NCBI GenBank assembly: GCA_965202585.1
Contig: OZ241826.1
Location: 98,394,001-98,458,000 of the forward strand
Source: Thalia democratica
Taxonomy: Eukaryota
Direction: 5' to 3'
DNA length: 64,000 nt
Under the pieces are notes generated by a model. That model searched no databases. It was not told the origin of the DNA and was given only the letters and a program-made list of their open reading frames with translations. Position numbers and translations under genes: made by a program. The number at the start of each line of letters is the position of its first letter. Position 1 is the stretch's first letter. Positions 1-12,700 of this stretch are shown piece after piece.

Positions 1-1289
1 ATATACTTATTATCATGTACTTTTAAAGTAAAATTACAATATATTTTCAGTTATTAATATAATTAAATAAATTTTTCAAACTTCAATTTTGTTGTTTACA
101 AAAAAAAACAACAAATTTTACTTTTAACAATATAAAAGTGTTTATAAAAAAGTTGTTCTTATCCTAGGTTTCACACTTTTCTTTCCTTTATTTCGTTTTT
201 AGTAGTTACAACTGCATTCCATACCTTGCTTAAGGAATTAAGTTTTAGAGTACTTTGTGTCTTTGAATAAAAAAGTTAATATTTAATAGTTTTTAAAATC
301 ACAAGCCACCTAGAGTTTTTTTAATGATGTTTCAAAATTTTTAGATTGTATTAGACATTAAAGGAAAGAAGAAAATGTACAAAATATCACTTTTTTTAAT
401 TTTTCACATTTTATTTTAGACAGTATGTATTATTTTAAAGTATATACTACTTTTCGAAAATAGTTTTTTTCTACTTGAATAAGTTAATGAAAATTAGTTA
501 AAGTAAAGTAAAGTTAAATAAAAGTTATAAAGAACTTGTAAAATATCAAAATACATTTAAAACCACTTTAATCAGGTTTTAAATTACTAAGCAATAAGCT
601 TAGCCTTTTAAAGTATAATATTTTATTTAAAAAATTAACAAAATATATATTAAGTTATTTTCATGAAATATTTATTTTTAGTTTTTAGAAATTTTGTTAC
701 TCTATGTATTTAACATATTGCAAGGAAAATATCCTAAAAATTTTAGGTATTTAAATCATAAAAGGTTAAAAAAAATACATTTTTTTTGATTTGTATTTGT
801 TCACTGTTTTAATTTTCTCCTCTTGTATAAAAGCTATTGTAATCTCTGTTATAAATCTGCAATATCTCAAAGCTAGTTGAAATGTTAAAAATCCGTAAAA
901 TTTAATTTGTAGCTTGTTCAAACTCCACAAATAAGATTGATTTATAAAAAAATATTTAACTTCACTATAGTCTTACTTCATAACTTTAAAAAATACTATA
1001 TGTTGAAAAGAGCTATAGCTTTATAATTCTACATCCCCTTCAGCTCATTTAAGGAAAAATAAACTTAAGGTAAAACAAAGCTTAAATGGTGGAATCTAGA
1101 TAATTAACAAAATGCATTTATTGAAAATAGAAATAATTTGGATTTATCAATAAAACTCAACTTAATTCAATTTAACCAAGGAAAGTGCTTTAGAAAAGGA
1201 TTTCTTTAATTTAAACTAATAAGTAGTATAGTTGTAAAACAACAACAAATATCTACTTATTTAAACATATCCAATTTAACATGAATTCC

Positions 1290-2800
1290 TTGTGTATTTG
1301 TTAATATCAGCAATTTGGGCCTGGGGCATTAACCTACTCAGAGCAGTTATTCTCATAGACTGTATTGTCAGCGTCTTTGGCATTGTCAAATTCCACAAAA
1401 CTTTACCCCTGCTTAAGATTAATGTAATGGATCTTGCCAAATCTCTTAAAAAAGAGCTCCATCTCAAAATATTTTTGCTTTGGGGGAAAACCCACTGATG
1501 AAAACACGTGTGCATTTGTTTGATGACACATATTTATCATTCAAATTTTCATCAATTTTAGAATGCTAATAAAGCAGCTGAGAACCAATAGTGGGAAAAT
1601 CTTTATTTATGATTAGGAGTTCAACCATTGTTTCATACGTGAGAAATTATCCAGTCGTTGAGTCGCTGACATAAAACTATTGCAGCTGACTACCTTATTT
1701 TTTTTTGTAGAAATTTCACTTACAGTAACCTTGAATGCGGCTAAAATATTTATTGGAATTTTATTAACTGCCCAAATTGGGATTGATACAGGAAGTAGGT
1801 CATTCTTATAAAACCAGCATCTTGAAAGTTTTTCCGTCCCCTAAGATTTAACAGTGCACCAGTATAAGCTAACGCACTAACCATAATAAACTTATTTGTG
1901 CCGTATTAAGTGATTTTAATTGATGCATGTCGATGGTCAAATGTCTTGGCTTTACTCAAATTTATCTGTCAAAAATAATTTTGTTTAACATAATTTGTTA
2001 ATTAGCTTGTAATGACATTACTTGTTGTTTATTCTGTTGCAAAAAAAAAACAGAAATTATCATCATGGGTTTGAACAGTACCAACCTTCTTTGACTGGCT
2101 GCGCCAACAAGAAAAACAATATCTAAAAGGTTTTACATTCTGAGTTCCTTTCACTTTGAATGGATAAAACAACTTTTTACAGCACTGCCAAGGTACAGGG
2201 ACTTATCTCCTACAAAAAAAGATTGTTTTTTCTGTCATTGAAACAAAGGTAGCGCTGATACATTCTGAGAGTTCTCTATTCCATGTCTGCCCATTTCCTT
2301 ACCCTCAATATAGGAATTTATCTCAAACAATGACCTGAACTAGATATCTTCATGTATAGAATTTCTTTGCTAATATCTTCTTCACCTATACCTGCAAGTA
2401 TCAGTTCTTTAGTTGCTATACAACTGTAACATTTTCTTTCCACATTCACACTTACTAACTGTAGTGAAACTAAAAGTTTTTGCCTTACTTAGAACATGGG
2501 TTACAAATGTTCTAAAAGGTTGTGGTATGAATTTAAGCTTATAAGTTCTGCTCTTTTGACACCAACTGCAACGTTTATGACCGCTACTGACTCCATCAAT
2601 TTAGTTACATAATCTTCTGACTTAGCCATCAACCTAAAATCATTTGCCAGCATGAGATCATAAAGTTTGTCATGCGCACATTGAAACAGTTGTATCCTTG
2701 CATTCTGGCTGCTTATGTTTGAACCAATTTCAAATGCCTCCCACCTGCGAATGATAGCAAGCCATGTATCTTGGCTGATCCGCAGGTCCACTATTGGCCT
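1290..2800 (-). mobile_element. Degenerate Gypsy/Ty3-like LTR retrotransposon remnant (gag + aspartic protease)
   Basis: ORF 2501..2791 (IRRWEAFEIGS...IQLFQCA...KLMESVAVINVAVGVKRAELISL) resembles the gag N-terminus of marine-invertebrate Gypsy-type elements. Further along the minus strand are a Cys-rich segment (WQCCKKLFYPF...PFRYCFSCWR, about 2100-2190) and a protease-like segment ALA[Y]TGA (1855-1875; catalytic D replaced by Y). These are followed, across frameshifts, by DAGF.KNDLLPVSIPIWAVNKIPINILAAFKVT and YVSDSTTG*FLTYETMVELLIINKDFP. Many stops; no LTRs located. Confidence 0.7.
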
Positions 2801-3577
2801 TATCAGTTGAGATTAGTTTGCCATTGATAAACTTTTCGATGAACCAAAATTCTTTTCATGCTCAATTTTATGTAGGTCCAGAAGCCCGCAAACTGACTAA
2901 GATGATTCATCTGGTGTTTGTTAAAATAATGATTTGTTGAAATAAGTGAATTTAATAATAATGTAAATATCTGAAACAAATTAAGTATAAACATATAAAC
3001 TAAAATGATCTAAAGCATAATAATTCTACAGCTATATCAAAAATTTGACAAAATAGATTATGGATTGTAATTAAAGTTTAGAGATTTTTTTGCTTTCCGA
3101 AGAGACTTGTTGAAGTTAATCACTTTGTTAATTAACATCTCAAAGGCACTTTGAATTCTGTCAATTGTTAATATGTCTGTGATTGATAATAAATATTAGG
3201 CTCTAATATATAACATCAATCTAAAAAAATATTTAGTTCTCTTGTCTACATTTTCTATTTGGTTTACTAAGCAGGTTTATTTTCAGTAATTTGTGTGATA
3301 CTTAATATACGTAGTGAAATTTAAAGTTGCAGTATTTATAGAAGTTATAATAAAATATTTAAAGTAGCATGTAAAAATAAAGTGTCTTAATATTTATGAA
3401 AGATTTTTTCAATGAGCTTTTTGTACTATAGTATAATTAACATAATTTTAGTGAATTGAAAATTTCAATTTTACAGAAAACATTTATAAAAGCACAATTA
3501 TAATTAAAGGAGGTGGAAAATGTTGAAGTCAACTACTCAATATACACTAAATTAAGGTAAAAAGATTTAGTTATAAA

Positions 3578-4267
3578 GGGCATAAGGGTAGGGGTGAATC
3601 TTTTTTTTTTTACAATTTGATCTTGTTTTCTAGAGTTTTAACTAAGCTACAAGATGTTTTTTTACAGGTTGTAAAAGTTCAAAATAATTTTTGAGGTATA
3701 AAAGGTCAAAGTTTAAGGCAGCAATAGGTTTCTTATGGGACACACAAACTTAAACGGCAAATAACTAGAAATCTTTTAAAATCTGCCTTTTCTTACATTT
3801 TTTTAGAAAACTACCTTAAACTTTCAGATAATGTTCCTTGCAATATTTAGTATTGCATAGATAATATATATATAATAAAATTCTGTAAGAAGGAATTTGA
3901 AAATAAATGAAAAATAAAAATTTAATAAGAAAAAAAAACTTTTTTTTGTTCCTTTTTTATTTTTAAATCTGTATATTTTAACCTTTCTGAAAGAAATTTC
4001 TCAATATTGCAAGGAAAATTTCCTGAAAGTTTAAGGTAGTTGTCTCAAAAAACGTAGAAGAAGATAGATTTTCAGTGACATATTCTTTTTTTGCTGTTTT
4101 AGATTGTGCCTCCTATACTGAACCTATTGCTGTCTCCAAATTTAACCTGCTATATCTCAAAAATTTTTTTGAGCTTTTGAAAAATGTAAAAAGCATCTTG
4201 TAGCTTACTTAAAACTTTATTAAATAAGATCAACTTGTTGAAAAAAGTGATTAACTTCCCTAAGCCC
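3578..4267. mobile_element. Foldback-like non-autonomous DNA transposon (about 690-bp imperfect palindrome, arms about 300 bp)
   Basis: The left end GGGCATAAGGG... mirrors the right end ...CCCTAAGCCC. Internal mirror blocks include ctaccttaaactttcaga..ccttgcaatatt (about 3811-3847) vs aatattgcaagg..ctgaaagtttaaggtag (about 4003-4039), and actaagctacaagatg (about 3641) vs catcttgtagcttact (about 4194). Flanks taaa/ttag are TTAA-like. Related fragments occur at about 700-975 and 61331-61520. Confidence 0.75.
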
Positions 4268-4346
4268 TTAGTTTAAATGTAAGATTAAAACATTCAAGGT
4301 TTTGAAATTTATTTTTGTAATTATATTCATGAAAATGTTAATTTAA

Positions 4347-4720
4347 CAGGGTTGCCATTTTACCTAGAATTTGACAATCTAGGCAAAAAAAACAGGCTGG
4401 AAAAACCTTGAACTTTGAACAAAATAACCAAAAAACCTGGAATTTTAAACAGTTTTTACATCTTTAGTAGAAAATTTTTGATATGCCACAAAAAATTTAT
4501 CATATCACTAATTTTTTTCGTCATTATCAAAAATTTTTTTTTTTAAACACATTTAAAGTAGCTTTACAGTATCTTTTTAATGTTTTTATACTTTTTAAAA
4601 CAATTTTTAACCTTAAACTTATTTTTAAACTAAAAATAAACCAAAAATTTGTACTTAAAAAAACTTGGAGGAATTTTAAAAACCTGAAAAAGTTTTTGAA
4701 AAAAACAAGTGGCAACCCTG
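4347..4720. mobile_element. MITE with CAGGGTTGCCA terminal inverted repeats and apparent 6-bp TSD (ATTTAA)
   Basis: CAGGGTTGCCA at 4347 and TGGCAACCCTG ending at 4720. ATTTAA lies immediately on both sides (4341-4346, 4721-4726). Internal aaaacc(t)gg-type subterminal repeats. Decayed relatives occur near 17118, 19725, 20127, 22770-23160 and 60132. Confidence 0.8.
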
Positions 4721-7700
4721 ATTTAAAATTATATGTGATTTGGTTTCATAGGTATATAAAATAGAATTTATAAGGTAAGTTATTTAAAAAAGAATACATT
4801 TTTTTTTATAAGTTGTTGAAACTTGTATGATAAAGTTATTTTATATTTCAAAACAGAAAAAGTTTGTCAGAAGTTTTGACCGTTCTGTGAAAAAAGTTTA
4901 AAAACAAACAACTTTCAAAAACAGTCATCTGGTCAGTTCTATTAAGTTGTTTTTTAGCCAGGCTAATTAGTAGCTTAATTCTTTAATCATTCAAGTAACC
5001 AATTATGTCAAAAAAAAATCAAATAAGGTTAGAATTAACAACAGAATAATACAAAATATTAATGAAAACCTTTCTTCAAATTGTTTAAATTCACATAGAG
5101 TGTGTTTCTTTTATAAATGCTACATGGAGAAACATTCCCACTCAAAACTCTAAGGTCGAATTTTAAAGTGCCATACAATTTACAAAAGGTTGTTTTCAGA
5201 AAAATTTGTTTTAACTATATTTATGCTTCTTCAAACTATCTAAAATCTTGCTCAGGGTGTTTTTGTGATTTTAGGCACATGTAAAATTGTTTCCTGCTAA
5301 AAACTCAAAGGTCCTTATTTTTAAAATCATTTTAATAAACATACATATTTTAGTACATACATATAGTTCACAAGAACAATTATTTTCATTAGTATTTTCA
5401 TAAATTGTAAAGTATCTAGTTTTATTAAAAAATCTCCTTAACTTAAGACCATTTTTCCACTCTTCATTTCAAATATTTAGTGCTGGTTCAAAGATTTATA
5501 AATGTGGATAGATTTGCAAGTTTGCTGGCTGCGATTTTTCACTTTTTACACCGTAGTGGTGCGTAGTGTACACACTAAAAAGTTATGCGAAGTATAATGA
5601 AAGTTATTGTTCTGGTGAATTATAAACAATATAATAATTACAGTTAATTTATTTACTAACTGTTTTTAAATAACTTTTTTGAAATTACAATAAAAACACC
5701 TTGTTTTCAAATATTATTATTTTTTGAAAATTTATAGTTTCAACTTTTTTGAGTTTTTCAAAACTATAAAGTAAAGTTTTCAAAATAATTTGGTTTATAG
5801 GTCAGAAAATAAGAAATATAAAATATTAATTAAATTTATGAACTTCTTACGAAATTATTTATCTAGTTTTCAACCTTATCAAGTGTGTATCAAAAGTCAA
5901 ATGATATTTTATATTTAGTAAAAATTGATTAAAGCTCATACTTTGATTTATATGTTAAGCAAAATCATTATTACTTTTTAATGCATGGAGAACAGGTTAT
6001 AAAATTTAGTTAGTTTCTTAATAAGTGAGTTTTGTAAAATCTAACTGTAATAATTTATTTAAAATATCATTTTCCAACTTTGCTATTTGATTTATTTTGT
6101 TAAATGATAATTATAATTTTTAGTCAAGCAATAAAACTATGCTTAACTAGATACTTTTCAATTGATTTTATATATACTAAATAACAGCCTAATAGTTTTT
6201 TAAAACAAAAATAGTATCTAAGTATTCTTATTGTCTTTAATACTTTTTTATAGGTCTCATTTCAATCCTGGTAAGATGGTGTGAACCTGATGTGTTTTAT
6301 CTGCCCGAGGTTCGCTCACCTGCAATTACTTTAGAGATTAGACTTTAGTCAACCACACAGTTCTAAATAATAGTTAGTATAGTTCTTATGAACAGTTTGT
6401 AAGTATTGAATGTTAAAAATAAAAAATTTTATAAAAAAATTAAAGAGTTGAGAACTTCGCTGTTTAATAAATTAAAGCTTCTTAAAAAATTATAAGACTT
6501 TAAAGTTTTCTATGTCTTAAAAAAAATTAAAAACCCCTTTTTCAGTTTTATTTTTACATAAATTACTAAGCTACAAGCTAATTCTTACTGTTGATTGAAA
6601 TTTGAAGTAACTTTTAAAATATAAGCAATCAAAGTTCAAGAGTTTAATAAGTTCATTATGGATGTAAAAATTAAAAAGGTTAATATAGATTATTTCACTA
6701 TATATTTATTTCTTCATCTTGCCATGTTTTAAGAAATAAGTTGTAAAGAATTTCTAATTTTTTTTCGAAAAATGTTTTTTTTTCAATTATAAACAAAAAA
6801 CTGACTTGATTTTCCTTTTATAGTTATAACTTTTTATTTTTTAGTTTTTATTAATTTTATGACTACAGTTTTTTTTTAAATGTTAAATAAATACTTAAAA
6901 AAATTTTTTAAGGAGACAGATTTGTGTTTTTTCATTATATTGGTTTTCTAATTCCATTGTAGAATCTAACTTTAAGCTGCTGTATCTCAAAAAATAGTGT
7001 CTATATTATTCAACTGTTAAAAGCAACGTATGTCTTAGACAAAACTCTAAAACTAAGTTTTAAAAAAAGTTATTTAATAATTAAGAACTAAAATTAATAA
7101 ACTTTTTAAGTTACATTGAAAAAAAACAAGCCTGTTTTAATCTTTAAAATAAAAAATGTTATAGAAATTTTAGTTTTAGCTATAGCATATTATATTTTTT
7201 CTTTCATGATTTATTTTAAGACTTATATGTTTTTATCTTCCCAATATACATAGTTTCGATTTATTTAGGTCAGCAATATTTTTACAAGTTTTGATATATT
7301 TCTAAAAAAATAATGAATTTGTTGCTTCAATCTTGCTTAATACTTTGGCTTAATATTTTAAAGCAACTTATGTTAAGATATATAATTTGAAAATATTTAT
7401 GTATTTTTATCTATAGATATAATGAACTAGAATAAACTTGCACACGTTTAATTTAATTTTTTTTCTGTTAGCCCTGTTTAGTTTAAGCTTACTTTCAGTA
7501 TTTTAATGAAAGTATACTGTTTTGTTTTATCAGTTATATATTGGTGGTTGTTATTATCTATACCGTTAATGTAAGTTTAAATATTTAGTTAAGTTTAAGC
7601 TAATGTGTTAAACTTATAAGTTTTGAACTTTAAGTTAAGTAATAAAATATAGTTTTAAACATTTTATTTTGTTTATATTTTAATAAAATATGTTTTCAAA

Positions 7701-9492
7701 AACAAATATTTTAGTGAAGAAGCAAAATAATCAATAAAATAACTTTTAAAATCTATGATTTACTTAGATTTGTTTTATGTACTTTAAAACATACTGACAA
7801 ACATCGTAAAAAGAAAAAGTTTTATAATTAAAAAAGTGTCATCATAACAATAATTTTATTCAAATAAGTTCATAAAATTAAAGATTATATAAGTTTTGTG
7901 CAAGGTCTTTTAGAAATATATCATATGTACTTAAAATTTGGTATAATTGTTAATTTAGTTCGTTTAAGATCTTCAAATTATGGTTTTTGTGTGAAGACTT
8001 TGCTAGCTTTACATTTTTTTTTGATTACTTCAACAAAAGTAGCCTTAGTTGTGTTGTTTGGTGATGTTGAAACTGCTTTTAACAATTTTTTGTTCAAGCA
8101 ATTCTTCTGCTTTGTTTTGAGTTATAAATATGAGTCTAGTAGTCTGTTATATTTAAAAAGTTATTTGTTTTATCTATCTATTTTTAGACCATTTTGTTTT
8201 GAAGGATTTTTATTGTTTTGAGTTTTTTTTGAATGTTAATTATTGTTAATAATACTTGTTGTAATTTTTGAAACTTTGTAAAGAATTGCAAGTAAAATTA
8301 TATTTGTGCGATTATACTGTATTAAGATTAAGAAATTTATGCTTTCACAAAAACTTAAATCAATTAAAAAATTTGCGTTTAAATTGTACTTAACATCAAA
8401 TTTTATATACTTATTAATTACTGTTTAAAGTGTTTTCAAAGGTTTTATATTTATTTTATTATTAAAAAAAAAAGTTGTAACAAAAACTCATTGTGAAAGC
8501 ATAAATTGTAATAAAAACTAAACTTACATGTAGTATTCTTTTTAAACTGTTTATGAAGAATTTTGTTTGTATTAATTAAACATATTTTGAATATTGTATT
8601 TTTGTTTTATTTTATATAAATGTTTAGAATGTCTTAAGAATCATTCCCTCGTACGGAAGAAGAATTAAAAGGGGAGAAGGACACGAATTGCCCGAACAAT
8701 ATTTTTGTTTGATATTACAGCATTATAAATTTTGTTCATTTATTGCACGTTTTTAATGCTACCTTGTTTTGTAATTTTTCAAATTATGATTACTGATTTT
8801 AATCTTAGTTCAATTATAATGTGAATATTTTTTCAGAAATATTGAAAAGTTTATGCAATTTTATAAGTTTAAGGCTTGCAAGGGTCGGCAAACTACGGAT
8901 TGCTTTGTACTTATAGTTAAAAAGTTTTTTTTTAATGTTGATAAAACTCACTGTAAGTTTTTTTATTTACTAGTTACTAGTGTTTTATTTTTGCCTGTTT
9001 TATAAAATTTATATTTTAAATGACGAATTTATTTTAATTATAGTAAATATTTTAAATAACTGCTAGCTATGAGCAATATTACTAGAAAAGTAGAATTATA
9101 TGATAATGCAAACCATCTGAGTTTCTTAAAGTTTACTGTAAAGTATACATGAATTTAATTTAAATCTCGCTTTTAAATACACTTTTTCACAGTTACCTCT
9201 TTTCAGAAATAAAATATTATCCCCCCATAGTTACAAATATTATCTAGAGATCTAGTGTATGGTTCAAATCTCTCTTCAATTATCTCTAAGATTATTTTTA
9301 TACTAATAATTACAACCTCCACAATTTTTATTGTAATTTTCAAATTTTTCTTCAATTATTTTTAAGACCGTTTTATTACTACTCCTTACATGCCATACTC
9401 CTTACAGAACAAAAAGTGTAATTATCATATCTCTCTTTATTTACCTCTAAAACATTTTCTACTTTTCATTACAAACCCCGGACCATCTAATG

Positions 9493-9787
9493 CAGGATTT
9501 CCCAAAGAGGGCGATATTGCCCCCTGGGGGCAATAATTAGTTAGGGGGAGAGGGATTTATAAAATTTGAAACCTACACTAGACATTTTTGAGTTGCAGAC
9601 GAAGAGCAAAAAAAGGAAGATTTTAAGTGTCTTTTTTAGGAATTTTGAAACTTACACTGACATTCTGAAGTTGCAGATGAAGAGCAAAAAAAGTCTGGTT
9701 GCATAAAATGGTAGTTTTGTTGGAGGGGGTAATAGCTTTTATAATTTATTTTAAGGGGGCAGTTTAAAAGACAATTGGAAAATCGCA
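9493..9787. mobile_element. hAT-like MITE with 8-bp TSD (ATCTAATG)
   Basis: The direct repeat ATCTAATG is at 9485-9492 and 9788-9795. The TIR is imperfect (CAGGATTTCCCAA / TTGGAAAATCGCA). There are two internal tandem copies of tttgaaac.tacact.gacatt...gttgcaga.gaagagcaaaaaaa. Confidence 0.75.
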
Positions 9788-12700
9788 ATCTAATGTAAGC
9801 TTGAAAATTTCTTTAGATATACCAAATACCCTTACAACCATCAGAATAACTAGTGTAAGTTCGTTTTTATTGCTTCATTAGTTTTCGCCCACTTAATACC
9901 GAACATTTTAAATTTTTTCCCTATCACTTATTATTGCCCCTTGACTTACTTTAGTCGCCCAAAAAGGGCTCATAAGCAAAATATTTTACTTGATAACTAA
10001 CATTTCTTAATTTAACTAAATCTTCTTGGTTAGCATCTAATTGGACTTTAATTCAGTTAAGTAAGACTAATTATAACTTCGTATTATGAAATAATTGAAC
10101 TTCATAATATTTTTTTTTCATATTTTCAGTTTTAAAATACTTAATTAAATGTGATCATAGCCCCCGGAAAATTAAAAAATTAAGTTCTTGAATCCTTATG
10201 TAATTTTAACAGACAACTTTTTCTTTTTGTTAAAACATTGTAAGCTCAATATTCTATAAAATGACTCCAACTACACCACACTGATACACTAACTTAATTT
10301 AATAATAACCATCAGAATTATTAAACTCCGATTTACAAACTATGAGTCCTCTTATCTATAATTTAAAAATAAAAAAAAATAGCTTTCATGTTTGTGATTT
10401 AAGATAAAAAGTTGAAAAATAGTATTACTTATATTGTGTTTTTCTAGTCTTACTAAGATTGAGGCTATAAAAACTGGATACATTATTCAGGAAAAAACAA
10501 TTGAAAAACATTTTCAAAGATAATAAATGATTCTTCAGGTAAATTAAGAAATTCTGAACTTTTCAAAGACTTGTACTGACAAGTCTTAAAACTTTTTTAA
10601 TATTACAAAAAGAAACAAAGATTTTCATTTCTTTAACATATTTTCAAACATTTGTACTGATAAATACTCGACACCAATTGCTTATTTAACAACAAATGAG
10701 CTAAAAACAGGTCCTTTATGTTTTCTTAAAATCAAAAATTTTCGAGCAATTGAACTGAATAGCAACATTTTTAGTTATTTAAACTGACATTTCCTAAAAA
10801 AAAAACCAATTAAGCTTTAATTGACTTCATCTAGACTGACATGTATGAACCCTTAAAACTTGAAATAATGTAAACTTTACTTGAAGCATTCAACGATTAT
10901 TTCCTAAAATATAAGTATATTTATTAGTAACAGGAATTTTCATACAGTAAATATATTAGTGTTGATGTATTTAAATTTATCTAAATTAAAATAAAAGAGC
11001 TAGCAATCTAAAAATAAATTAAAAAGATATTTTTAGCAGTTAAATAATAATTCAAGCTCTGAGAAACTTAAGTTTTTATGATACTTTCAGCGGTCATAAA
11101 TAAATGCAAGTTCTAAGTTGAAAAAAAAAAATTGTAGAAAGTTTTATTGTTAATAAGCTACTAAACAGCAACTTATCTAATACGTTGTTATTTTCATCTG
11201 GTTATACTAAACCGGCGAAAACAAACAGAGAGCTAGTGTGAGTCTAAATATGCAACACTTTGCGTATGAACCTTGACTTTAATTTATTGTTTGACTTTAT
11301 TTGCAAGCTAGGTGAAAGTAACAAGTTAGTTTTGTTTTTGCATTTAAAAATCTTAAGTAGGTGTTATAAAAACTTGAACAAAAATAAAAGTTGTTTAACG
11401 ATTGTTTGGATAATTAACAAACAAATGTACAACTTTTCAAAAGCTGTAATTAAAGTTTACATTGTACAGGCAAAAAAAAATTCATACGAAAGTAACTAAA
11501 ACTTGATAACAATTTCTTAAGTATGTTTAATTAAAAATATTTTGTAGCTATTAAGAATATTTTAAAATTAATGAAATTTTAGATAAGTTAATGCTTTTGT
11601 TAAAACAAAACATCTTATAAATAATATTTGCCTAAAATGTAATAGAGTATTAAGCTTATAAATATTTCTAATATGACTACTTGAAAAATTTATTAGAAGT
11701 TTTGCTTAGTCTATTTTCTTTAATGCATGTATCATGTAAGTAATTTGAAATTGTTATTTAATGATAAAAGTATTACTTTTAGAAATCAATTATTTACATA
11801 TAAATTTCAGCTTATAACAAAAACTATAAATATAAAAACTAAGCTAAGCATACTAGATAACTAATAAAACACAGATTAGGTATATCTTGTTGATCTATTT
11901 GGTCTGGTATATTTACTAAGACCCTAATCCGGCCAGATGCTAGTTTTAAAAAAAATATCAAATTAGATCATCCCGGAATATTGTTTCAAAAATAGATCTG
12001 TGCTAATTATAATGTGATTAATCGAAATTAACATTTTTTATGAAAAAACATAATGTCTGTATATATAAACTTCCTTTAGTATTCAATTCTACGAAAAAAA
12101 AGCCGTGAAGAGATACAATTAGATATCAAATATAAACAAATTCAAAGTGGTAGTTATTTATTAAGTTGTAGTTGATGGATGTTGTAGTAAATACTTATAA
12201 ATCTTCCTTCTTTACTACAAAAGTTTCAAAGACTTTTAATAAACACCAAACAAAATTTCCAGTTGGCTGTTTTCGTATATATCAATAAAAGGATTTTTAT
12301 TAACTAATTCTTACTAATTTTCCTATCTTTTTTCATAATCATATTTGGTTTTTTTGTAGTGATTTTTTTTTTTTAAAAGTTAGTTAGTCATATTTTTTAG
12401 TTTTTTTTTATAAAAACTTGGAACAATAGACTATGAATATAGTAACGCAGTTTTTTTTAACTTTGTTTATGTCATACAATTGAGTTGAAATGTTAATCAA
12501 TTTTATTTTTGTGCAAACTGATTATCATCAAAAGTTTAGCAGAACTTTACAAGCAGACCGTGTGTCATAATGAAATGAAAAAACGATCCTTACTAGGCCA
12601 GATTCTAATTTTTGTATTCAGTAGATCTATATAAAGAAAGTTGTTGATATTTTTGTACTCGGTTTGTAATAAACTGTTTTTTTTTTAATCGAAGTTTATG

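Noticed and set aside
9400-10900. Possible CR1/L2 non-LTR relic (NPGP at about 9472-9485, LTKSSWL at about 10015, CDHSP at about 10150)
   Set aside because: The motifs are short and poorly spaced, with no SGD of a 2A-like peptide and no recognisable RT motifs. This cannot be distinguished from chance by eye.
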